This document shows positions 49,831 through 60,294 of a DNA stretch of 64,000 nt, piece by piece. Position 1 is the stretch's first letter. Every line of letters begins with the position of its first letter. Both the position numbers and the translations under genes were made by a program. Source of the DNA: Chlorokybus atmophyticus (taxonomy: Eukaryota > Plantae > Mesostigma and Chlorokybus algae); NCBI GenBank assembly GCA_009103225.1, contig RHPI01003642.1, positions 1,255,088-1,319,087 on the forward strand, written 5' to 3'. The notes beneath the pieces were generated by a model that did no database searches, had not been told where the DNA came from, and was given only the letters and a program-made list of their open reading frames with translations.

Positions 49831-52379
49831 CATACACACAGTGTCACAGTGTCACATAATGCTTACCTCGTTGCCAATCTTCCACTTGCTTGGGGAAGGG
49901 TTGCTAACGGCCGAGGTTGCCACATCATGGCCAAATGCGTTTGGGTTGGGGGTTCCAATCGACCCTCTGCAAGCACAACCACATGAGTTATGCTGCCAGC
50001 CATGCAAGATGCAACCCTCACATTTGAGAAAGAAGAACAGCGTGCACAGTGTATCCAGAACGCATGCGGTCAGTCACTGTGCCAGCCATGAAAGAAGCAA
50101 GCATCCAAGTTGAAAGTTGAGCAAAAAGCAACGTGCATCAAAGACGCATGCAGTCTAGCTTGCCCTTGCGACTGCGGTGTCAGGTGGAGTTGTTGTGATG
50201 TGCTGGGCGTTAGCGCGGGGTCTTGCTGCGATTGGTTGGCGACGGTTGCCTGGTTGAACATTGGGGGCAATGTGGACAACTGGCGCCGACCTCCACGACG
50301 AGGTGCACTTACGGATGGACCACGAGGCATCTCTCTAACTAATAGTCGGGTGCCGCCTAATTAGCTGATAGTGGCGCTGTCGCCTCCAACGCTGCCGCCG
50401 CCGGTTGGCCCGTCCGGATGTACGAGGCGCAAAAACGAAAATACGGCGGTTTTGAACGTCTAGTGTCCCGCACTGAAGTCGCACTTGTAGTGCGTCCTTG
50501 CTCCTATGGTTGATGGTACGACTTATGCATTCGTGCCATCCATGCTTCGTCCAACCATTGGTAACAATGGTTGTGTCGTAACATTTATGGTACGACAGAG
50601 GCATCTCTCGTCCAACCCCAGCCATTGTAAGCATTGTACAATGGCTCTGTCGTACCATCCATGGTAGGATAGAGGCATTGCTCGATCAGCCGAAATGAGA
50701 GCTAGCGTGCACTCACCTAAACACGCTTCATTGATGGCTGGATAATGGCACGCAGGGGCACCAGGTCAATGACGGGTCGAATGTCAGGCATAGTGGGCCT
50801 GGGTTTGACTAGAAGACTGAGGACCAGGAGTCGGAAGCGGCGGCGGCGGCGGCGTGGCACATCTTGCGAGAAGTTGTGGTCGTAAGAGTTCAAGCAGCGA
50901 AGCCAGCTACTACCGGGCGCCACGTCATGGATCATGGCAGGCGTCAGCAATGGGGCTGCCCAACATGCATCACCAATATTTGACAAAGCAGCAGGCAAGC
51001 TATTAAGGACCATCTTCACACAGAGAGCTGCTTGGTAACTTGCAACAAGGAGTGGATCAGGAGCTGCAGTCCTTGGAGCCCCTTGTCAGAACCATGCAAG
51101 ATTAATTGCGGCTGTAAAAACAAGCACAAAGGAATGCAGAGGTACGCTCATCCGTCACATGTATTTCCTTGCAAAAGCTATTTGTTTTTTAGCGCAGTCC
51201 ATGTGATACATATAGCGTGGCTGTAGGCCTCTATTATTCACCCATACCCACCCTACAGTCAAGCCGACATAGCGGAAAGCCAGAGCCAGGCGGCGGTATG
51301 TTGTTGCCAATCTCGCTGTGCATGTTGATTGCATGCACCTCCATTGCATGCCTACCTTTGCATGCTAGGATGTGCGTGAGCGTGCGAAGTCGCGCGCGCG
51401 TGCCGAACGAAGTAGGCTGGGTTTGAGCACAGGAGCGCGTGGCCATTTGTCCGGCATTCGACCAATAGTGCATCAACAAGCAATGCCGCAGGTGACTATT
51501 CGAAGCAACCAACCGATGACGGTGTGACGAAGTTGACTATTGCAATTGCATTGTCGCAAGCATGCAGGTAACCCACATGTGATTGGTTGCCAGCACCACA
51601 ATGCACTAAGTCCTGTTAGAGCTCCTATGCAAGCCTGCATTCAATCCTATCAATTGGTCCTGCAATCTTACTTGTGGATGGGCGCGGCGGCAATGCGGCA
51701 TCAGTTTAACATGCATGTTGGCCTGTTGAATCTCGACATGTCCATTGAAGCAGTGGCGCATGATGTGCGAGGGTGGCGGGGAGAGTGCACCCAATACCAC
51801 CTTGTTAGCCCCCATGGCTTCCCCTGCTCCATGCAGCCCACAGCCATTGAGGTAAGTCGTTGTCTTTTATGCTCGTGCCTTGGTAAATATGCGTTAGGCA
51901 CTGCATAAGCTTATATTCGTCCTTTGCAACTTTGCAAGCCATCATATCCTGGGTCCTGTATTCAGCCCCCCTGGCTGGTGCACAAGTGGTCTCACCTGCC
52001 GCTCCTGCTCCCCTCGCAGCCAGAGTGCAACCACCTTTCGCGACACCAGTCCTTCATGTACTGCCATCTCCTCCACGAGCAGCACCGGTGATTGCGGGGC
52101 AAAAATCCTTCTTGCCGCCACCGGCGAGACCATAGCACAATGCAACAACCGCTGTGGCTTCTGCACCTACCTTACCCCACTCGCCGCAAGTTGAAGCCGG
52201 CAGTCTGCCCCAAACTCAGGTCCTTTATTAGACACTGTGACTCTTGCCGTCCACAGTTGGACACACCATTTGAGTGCTGTATGCGCATGCAGCAGGGGTC
52301 ACCACCTGCCAGCGAGTCATCAGAGGAGCTGGCCGCAACCCGCATGCGGCCATCAGTCAGTGGTAGGTGGCCAGCTCGC

Positions 52380-53085
52380 CTCATGGGACCATTTCAATGC
52401 GTCAACGGATGGTAATTGCTTCTACTATTGTGTATTTCGCGCCAGGCCATCCATAGCATAAAGTGTCTTGGATGATCATAAGGGCCCCAGCACGAGCAGA
52501 TTTTGGGCCATGCTGGACACCATAGACAACGGCGGTAGGGGGGACACTCTCCGCAACATCACCGCCAAGGCTGTCGATGCAAGCGTGGCGAGCAGAATCC
52601 TAGACTTCTGCAGAGCCACTGGTGCCGCGGGAGAGATGGTGTAGTATTACGACAAACTGCCTGCAATCATGTTAGCTGATGTCAATTACAACAACATAGC
52701 CATGGCCAAGGTGCGACAGATCGTGTGGAGAAAAGATGTGTACGTCGAGCACCTGCAGATGACCATGTTTGCCAACAAGCTGGGCTTGTTGGTTGGCTGC
52801 GTGACCGTTTAGCGCGAGCATGGGGAGTGGGTGCCACGGCCCGGCAGCGCAGTTTGGGTTGGAAATAAAGAAGCCCCCAATTCAGCCCTGGTGGTGGGCA
52901 ACACTGCTCCTGATGAGCCAGAAGCACACTTTTGGCTCCTCAAGCCTGCAAGCACCGAACAGTGGTCGTGGCTTATGCATGAAGTGCCACCGGAGGTAAC
53001 AGACCTGATCGAAGAGTGGCGGAATGGCGTTGCCAATTCCCCGCTACCACCGGCTGTGACCCAGAGTGCTGCGCCAACGCCTTAG
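52380..53085 (+). pseudogene. OTU-like cysteine protease (deubiquitinase) domain
   Basis: WDHFNASTDGNCFYYCVF (DGNC catalytic motif); WRKDVYVEHLQMTMFANKLG; ALVVGN...HFWLL (catalytic His). Three in-frame stops. Confidence 0.75.
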
Positions 53086-53384
53086 GCCTCGCCTTCGTGT
53101 GCTAGGCAAGAAGTAGCCGAGTGTTCTGCACATCTTGGCTCCCCTCAAACACAGCCACATGCTCGCAATAACAATTCAGCACCCTCCCTTCCCGCTGCGG
53201 AGACTCACCTGCCACCGCACTCTGACCATCCGGAGGCATCTCCATCAAAAAGCAGTTGTAGCTCGCCCTCTCCCTCTCAGCTTGCCACATTAACACCCCC
53301 CCACCCCCCCACCCCCCAGCCTGTCTTGTTGGTAAAGAGATTTATTGAAGTGTCCTAAAAGCTGCGCTGAAAAACAAAGGCTTC

Positions 53385-54436
53385 ATGCTCGACCTCATGA
53401 AGCAACATGAGGTCGTAGAGGAACGGGAGGCAACCAACAAGCGCAAGGCTGTGGAGCAAGAAGATAACGCCTTACCTCCTCTGAGTGACAGTGCCACGGA
53501 GAGCGCCTGCCAGGATGTGCAGGTTGACACAAAAAAAAGGAGAAAGGTTGTTGGAACAAAAGACGCTGGCAGGACCAAAAAAAGTGAGGCATCGTTACAA
53601 TATTAGAAGAAGCAGAGCGCCTTGAAGCCTCACTGGAGCTGATTGTGTGTCCTGAGTAGGCATAGGCGGGTTTACAGCGTTAAGTGGCTGCTCAGCATCG
53701 TTTAGAGAGACAGCCGGTGCGGCACGAGCTGCCTAAGCTTAAAGCACCGACGCGCAGACGCTTTGAGGGCCCGACTCGTACTGCAAAAGAGTTGATCGCC
53801 CTACAATGCGCCCAAGACGCGCTGCATCACCGCATGCGGCATGCCTCGAGGTGGGTGACGAAAGTATGCAATAAGTGGGAGCAACCGCGGAGAGTGCGGT
53901 CTAAACTGGCCTCTGGGGATTGGCCGTGGTTGGAACCCATACACGATATGGCCATCCATAGTTCGGCGTTGCCCCTCGCCCTCGATATGATGGTGTTGTT
54001 GCTGCCGCAGCAACCCGGCAATGTGCAAGAGCTATCCGCGGAGCAGAACTGCGACCTGCTGCAGCAGATATACCTGTCAATGTCGACTAATGCGGGTCGA
54101 GATGTGTGCCACTACTTGAGCAAACATACTGGGTGGCAAGTAAAACCATACGAGCTGTACTTGGCATGCTTTGGCTGGCAGTGGCTGTATGTCATACGGC
54201 ACGTCGAGCTGATTCTGTGAAAACTCGAAAAAAATGGCGATGCGGGGGAGTACACGAGTGACGACAGCCATGTCGAGGGCCTAGATGACCGCATGCTGGA
54301 CGAGTCCACTAAGACCAGCAGGTGGTGTATGGCGGCAGATGGGCGTCAGGTGATCGAGCAGGCAGTGGAGCGATATGCTGCGCCATTCAGATGGGAGTCG
54401 CTACGCCTGCAACGCGATGATAGAGTTTGGTGGTAG
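53385..54436 (+). pseudogene. degenerate ORF of unknown function continuing the OTU reading region
   Basis: Long open frames 53385-53606 and 53684-54220, continuing past one stop to ~54436; protein-like composition. Confidence 0.45.
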
Positions 54437-54454
54437 AGGCAGCTTGCACACCCG

Positions 54455-54640
54455 CGTGCACCATGTGTGCTGATTTGTCACATTGAAGAGCCCCCCCCCC
54501 CCNCCCCCCCAACGGATGGGGAGACGCCCGGTTGCAAGAAAGCGATGTGCCATGTCTGCATCATAGCACATCGAAAGACCGTGGCAAATATATAAAAGAA
54601 TCTACAAACGTGTCCCTTTTGCAACCAACCTCACCCGTTT
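54455..54640 (+). pseudogene. RING-like (C4C4-type) zinc finger
   Basis: CTMC ... CKKAMCHVC ... TCPFCNQP, split by a poly-C run containing N. Confidence 0.5.
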
Positions 54641-55780
54641 TGGTCGCCACGCCTGATGCAAGACGCCAACGTGTCGGCGGTGATTTGGCCCGCGCCTTGA
54701 TGACAATTGTGCATGTATTGTAGTTTTGTGTTGGCTTCCTGTGAACCATGTAGGTACATGTATAGTTGCAGCATGGTGCATGGTGCACCCGAGATCTGCT
54801 GTTGTGAGAAGCATTGGCTGTACATGTGCATGATGACTGCCCGGCGCATGAGTCAGTGCATGGCTTGCATACCTCGCTGGTTCATAGCGTGATTGACAGC
54901 AACAAACTCGGACAGCGCTCTGGGTTCCTTGGAATGACAGCACGGTATTATTCTACGATCGTGGTAGTATGCGAGTATCCTTGTACTGTAGTACCATTAG
55001 CTGATGGAGTACCATTCATGTTGATGGAGTACCATGCATGGGTTTGCAATAGCGTTCATGGTACAATCGTGCTTCACTTGCAGTTTAACCCATTTCGGGT
55101 TCGTAAGCTGGCAACCCCAAATTGATCCCCATACCCTAAAGTCTCGCTGAGTTTGTGGGCAGCCGTGCCGATTCCTATTTTGCATGATGGCGGTGGCAGC
55201 AGTTGAATCCCACTCACCTAGGAGACCATGCTTGGTGTGCCCACAATGCAATGCGTACGTATGTGCCAATGGCCATAGGCAGCAAATGCGAGCACACTTG
55301 ACCGAATGCCAACAAGTGCAGACAGTGTGCCACGGTTTTAGTGCTGCTTGCTGGCATTACACCACACACAATGTCGACGTGTTTAGCTGCCGCCTCGGCC
55401 AAGTGCTGTGCAAGGAACCCGAGTTTTTCCATTGCGTGCAGTGCGTGTGCGAATCGTGTTCGCGCTCATGTTTCGCGTGGCGAGGGGAACCCATGCGCTT
55501 CTTCACATGGACAACACCGGGACATGTGGTTGGTGGACAGGTGGTGGATGCTGTGGAGGTAGTTTGGCAGAGTGGACCGCGACGTATCTCTGCATGTTAT
55601 GTTGTTATGTTGGCGTATGCTTATCTCATGCATGTTGAAGCTGTTGTCGCATTCAGAGCAGTCTTCCACGGTGTGGGCGTGGGCAGTTCCATCCCCTGGC
55701 CGCTGTAGAGGAGGCAGACCATCGACCGTTAGTCAGCGCACCGCATCGGCTGCCTGCAGAATGCAGTTAAGTTGGGATGC

Positions 55781-56000
55781 GAGCAGCTGATCGGTGTGAG
55801 TGTCATGGTGCATTGGCCGCTGGATGGGTAATGGTATGCGGGCGTTGTGGAATCATTAAATCAAGTGTAAGGTCCGCATTGCTTCGTGGCGTGCGAGATT
55901 GAGGACGCATCATTTATGCATGGTGCAATGGAAATTGTCTTGCAGGGCAGCACCGTATAGTATTCGATGACGGTGATCGACCACAAACCATCAACTTAAA
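55781..56000 (+). pseudogene. Tudor-like domain, intron-split
   Basis: LIGVSVMVHWPLDG*WYAGVVESLNQ | GQHRIVFDDGDRPQTINL. Acceptor TTGCAG at 55945; the donor looks degenerate. Confidence 0.75.
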
Positions 56001-57164
56001 AGGGCACAACGTATTCGCGTACACATCAGTTGACGGGGCACGCCATGTTCTGCGCGCCGGAGGGGAGAACGTCAGTCGCAAAGTAAGCCCGGACGGCATT
56101 ATTGTTAGTCCTTGGCCAGCACCACGGCCAGCCTTGACCACATACACGCCATTTGACAACAATCTTGGACGCACACGCAGACCAAGGGCACTTGACCTAT
56201 GTTGCGGCGGTGGCGGTGCTTGTGTCGATCTATACCACGCAGGCTTTGACATGACCGAGATGGATATAAGTCCCTCCTCTGAGTACCCGCTGCCCTTCAT
56301 ACGTATGAATGTATACACCGCGATGTGTGCACCCTGAGTGCAGGAGAGCTGAGCGAATACGAGCTCATCTAGGCCAGTCCACCATGCCAGGCCTATTCAG
56401 GTGCTATCCCGGCACCTGAACGGGCGGCACATGGCACATCCTGGAGACACCAGGATATGATACCGCTCATCGGACATCTGCTGCTTGCAAGCCAGGTCAA
56501 GTTTGTGATTGAGAATGTGCCAGGAGCAGCTTCCTCATTCAGACCCAATCTGTCCCTTTGTGGCACGATGTTTGGCCCATCAACATTCTGACACCGTCTG
56601 CTTGAGACACAGCCAGTGGTAGCTACCCCACCAGCACGCTGCTCGCACGCGGGCAAGGCAGTTGCTATTGCCGCACCTGTCCGTCAGTGCGAAGAAGACA
56701 ATCATGACATCAAACGCGCCACAGCAAATGTACCCGGTCTATGGCCTTCCAAGCACCAGGGGCGGCATTGCTGCGTGGCAAACATTGCTGGGAGTGCCAT
56801 GGATGACCTCGCCCGTCACCATAACGAATGCAGTTCCTCCCGCAATGGCGGAGTGCATAGGGCGTCTCATGCTTGAAACCATAGTAGCACCATACGACTC
56901 ATTTTGGGTAAAAATACGCTTTAATAATAAAACTAGTATACCAAGCAGCATTTGTCATACCACTCGAATACGGCCTAAAATACGACTTTTAGGGTTATAT
57001 ATGGTGTTTTATGAGATATTTTCGATTCTAATGACTTTCTACTTGCAAACCCTAATTCCACCGCCTTGGAACGCAACAGACATTCTCCTGGCGGCGGTCT
57101 CCTTGGCGTGGGCGGCGGTGGCAACGGGATTGTCTTACTTGCCCTGCTTCCACAGACGCCTTGC

Positions 57165-57600
57165 AAGCAAGGTATTCTCTCACTGTCACACACGCACGCA
57201 CCCACACAGTTAGTCTACCTCCCTCTCTCTCTACCTCTCTCACACACGCACATACACACGATCAGTCCATCTCTCTCTCCCTCTCTCCCTCTCACAAACG
57301 CACATGATTGCGCGTGTGCATGCAGTCCAGACTGACTGCTCTCCCTCTCTCACTCTCACACACGCACTCATACACAGTCAGTCTACCTCCCCCTCTCTCT
57401 GTCACACATGCACATACAGGCAGTCTATCTCTCTCTCCCTCTCTCACTCTCACAAACGCACACACACAGTTTGTCTCCCACTCTCTCCCTTTCTCCCTCT
57501 CACACACGCACGCACAGTCAGTCTACCTCCCTCTCTCCGTCTCTCCCTCTCACATACGCACATGCACACGCGCATTCAGTCCGCCTCCCCCTCTCTCTAT
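57165..57600. repeat. CT/CA-rich tandem repeat (~60-bp units) in the hAT 5' region
   Basis: Recurrent CACAGTCAGTCTACCTCCC(CT)n...CACACACGCA units. Confidence 0.8.
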
Positions 57601-57640
57601 TTAATGAGCACTGACGCGCGCAATGTGCAGACGCTGTGTC

Positions 57641-59793
57641 ATGAAGGGTGAGGAGTGGAAGCATGTGCTGGTCATGAGCACTTCCGCCAAAAACTCGCAA
57701 GTTGAATGCTTGTACTGCGAGAAGACCTTCTGGGGAGGAGCCAGCCGCATCCGTGCGCATCTGCTTGGTGACAAGCCAACGGTTGGCGTGTCTCCTTGCA
57801 CGGAGTGCCCGGAGCAGGTCAGCGCTGTCATACGCAGCCTTGAAGATGAGGCCGTGAAGGCTCATACCAAGCGGCGCAAAGTGAACCAATTAGACGTGCT
57901 GTCGCAAGAAGGTTGGTGCTTCATTGTTGCACATGCAAGCAAGAGTTGCCAACACTCAACACACATGCATGCTCATCATGCATTGTCACAAGCAGGTGCA
58001 GGCACAAGCGCAGCCAGAACCCAGACCCAAACCACTATCCCACAAGGCTTCAACCGAACGAACAAGACTGATGTTGATCGCGCCATAGCTCGTTTATTTT
58101 ATGCTAACGGCATACCTTTCACCGCTATTAGATCACCGTTTTTGAAGGAGGCAGTTGCAGCAATTGCCTCCTTTGGTCCTAGTTACACTTTGCCTGGCTA
58201 CAACGCACTGCGCACTACTTTGCTTGAAGAAGAATACAAAGAGTTGGGGGAGCGGTTGAGTTAGCAACCTTACACATCACTACATCAGACTTGAAGCATG
58301 AGATCACTTATTGGATAGATTGTAATGATAACAAGTGGTGCCAAGAGGTGGAGACCAGCATACTCTCAACACTGCCAACCACGGGCTGCACTGTGACTAG
58401 TGATGGTTGGACGGATGTGCAGAATCGCCCGTTGCTCAACACTTTGGCGGTGTGCCCCAAAGGTGCTGTGTTTTTGGAAGGTGTCAACACTCAAGGACAT
58501 GTCAAAGACGCTCCATATGTAGCTGCTCATATCATCACCGCCATAAAAAAGGTGAGTCTTTCAACTTGTCATTGTTGTAAGGCTTGTGCTTATGTGTATG
58601 GGAACGTGTGAATGACTGGTTGCATGTGCAGGTTGGGCCCGAGAATGTGGTCCAGGTCTGCACCGATAGTGCGGCGGTGTGTCGTGCAGCCGGAGACCTC
58701 GTCAACAAGGAGTATCCACATATCACGTGGGCACCATGCACGGCTCATTGTCTGGACCTGTTACTTGAAGATCTTGACGAGTTGGCATGGATTTCGGGGC
58801 CAATAGGGTGAAGCCAAGCAAATCTTGAAGTTCATCACCAACCATCACCGGCGCAATGCCATCTTTGAGGCTAAAGCGCAGCTGAAGTTGCTGAAGCCAG
58901 GCGACACGAGGTTTGGCACCAACTTCTTGATGCTGCAACGTCTTGCGGAGGTGAAAGATGCACTTGAGGCCACCGTTGTGGATCGGGAATGGAAGGCTTG
59001 GGTAGAGTCATCAAGGGCACTCTCAGAGACCGCGGACAAAGTGCGTTCTCTCGTGTTATCATCATCATTCTGGAAGGCGTTGAAGCTGGTGGTCAAACTT
59101 ACAGAACCCACTATGAAGCTGCTGCGGCTGGTTGATGGCAACAAGCCCGTGGTCGGCAAGGTGTATGTCAACATGTTTGAGATTGGTGCACACATCAGCA
59201 ACATGGGGTTGAGCAACATCAAGGCCAAGGAGGTCCGCGACTTGTGGCGAGCCAGATGGGAAATGCTGCACACAAATCTACACTCGGTCGGGTACGTGTT
59301 AGATCCGGAGTTTTGGGGTAAGGAGCAGCGCAGCAACAGTGAAGTCATGTCAGGGTTCTATGATGTGCTTGAGTGCATGCTACCAAACGTGGCAGATCAG
59401 ACGGCCGCTGTCCAGCAACATGCGGCCTACTGCAACCGTGACGGGTTGTTCGGGCGTCCATTTGTCATTCAAGCTGCGTCTACCATGGCCGCCCATGCGT
59501 GGTGGCTTGAGTTTGGAGGTGGCACACCTCAGTTGCAGACCGTGGCAGTCCGCACCCTCGCTCAGGTCTCATCCGCATCATCCTGTGAGCGCAACTGGTC
59601 CAAGTATGACTTCATCCACAGCAAGAAGCGTAACAAGCTGCTCCCTGCGCGTGCTGAAGACTTGGTGTATGTCCACAGCAACCTGCACTTGCTACGCCGA
59701 GTGCAAGCAGTGGTCTACGAAGAAGACTTTGTACCATGGGTAGAGGAGTCTAGTGATGAGGAAGACTTCCCTGCGCAACTGTCTGATGATTGA
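57641..59793 (+). CDS. hAT transposase (BED finger, DUF659-type core, C-terminal dimerisation domain), 4 exons, one +1 frameshift
   Basis: WKHV...VECLYCEKTFWGGASRIRAHL; TSDGWTDVQNRPLLN; VQVCTDSAA; WAPCTAHCLDLLLED; GDTRFGTNF; SASSCERNWSKYDFIHSKKRNKL. One extra G at ~58806 (ATAGGGTGAAGCC). Confidence 0.93.
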
Positions 59794-60294
59794 CATGTCT
59801 TGTAGTTGCTGTTGTAGTGTGATATAGTCGACAAGATCTGCATTGTTCAACATGTGATGCATCGTGCGCATATGTGACATTATGCATGTGCACTTCGCGT
59901 TGTTTCTATACACACACATATTGCAAATCGTATGCTTTCGTATTATCGAATCTTGCCTGATAAGATAATGTCAAATACTCGTATACTCTGAAGCTGAAAG
60001 CATACTCGTATACCGTATGGTGCTACTATGCTTGAAACAATGGATATGCGCTGTGACTACCCTCCTGTGTCATGGAAGTATGAGGCTTAAGTGTGGTGCA
60101 CTGTATTGATGCTTAATGCCACACGGCGGACTGATTGTTGAATGTTGCATGGCACATTCGATTGTGGTGACAGTTGTGCAGTGACAGCTGCCCGGTATTG
60201 TACACGTCCACATGCAAAAGTCTTAGCATACGATTATACAATTCCTAACAAACTGATATGCTCCAAACTCAGAGTGGTAAGACAAGTACATGTG

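Larger units (their letters stand above)
56880..60030 (+). mobile_element. hAT DNA transposon, complete
   Basis: 17-bp perfect TIRs CATAGTAGCACCATACG (56880-56896, 60014-60030). Perfect 8-bp TSD CTTGAAAC (56872-56879, 60031-60038). Subterminal ATACG motifs at both ends. Confidence 0.97.
56161..60090 (+). pseudogene. phage/bacterial-type C5-cytosine DNA methyltransferase, interrupted near its C-terminus by the hAT
   Basis: Motif I ALDLCCGGGGA; AGFD...DISP..YPLPF; motif IV I*ASPPCQAYS (PC at 56382-56387); motif VI FVIENVPGA (56511); LCGTMFG..*HRLLET; WMT...NAVPPAMAECIG. The frame resumes after the hAT TSD and stops at 60088-60090. Confidence 0.9.

Noticed and set aside
49295-50113. 272-aa plus-strand ORF
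   Set aside because: Antisense to exons with clearer protein-like content and splice signals on the minus strand; no recognisable motif.
56161-56879. Bacterial contamination as the source of the methyltransferase
   Set aside because: It is contiguous with an intron-split Tudor domain, carries a eukaryotic hAT insertion with TSD, and shows the same C>T decay as its neighbours.
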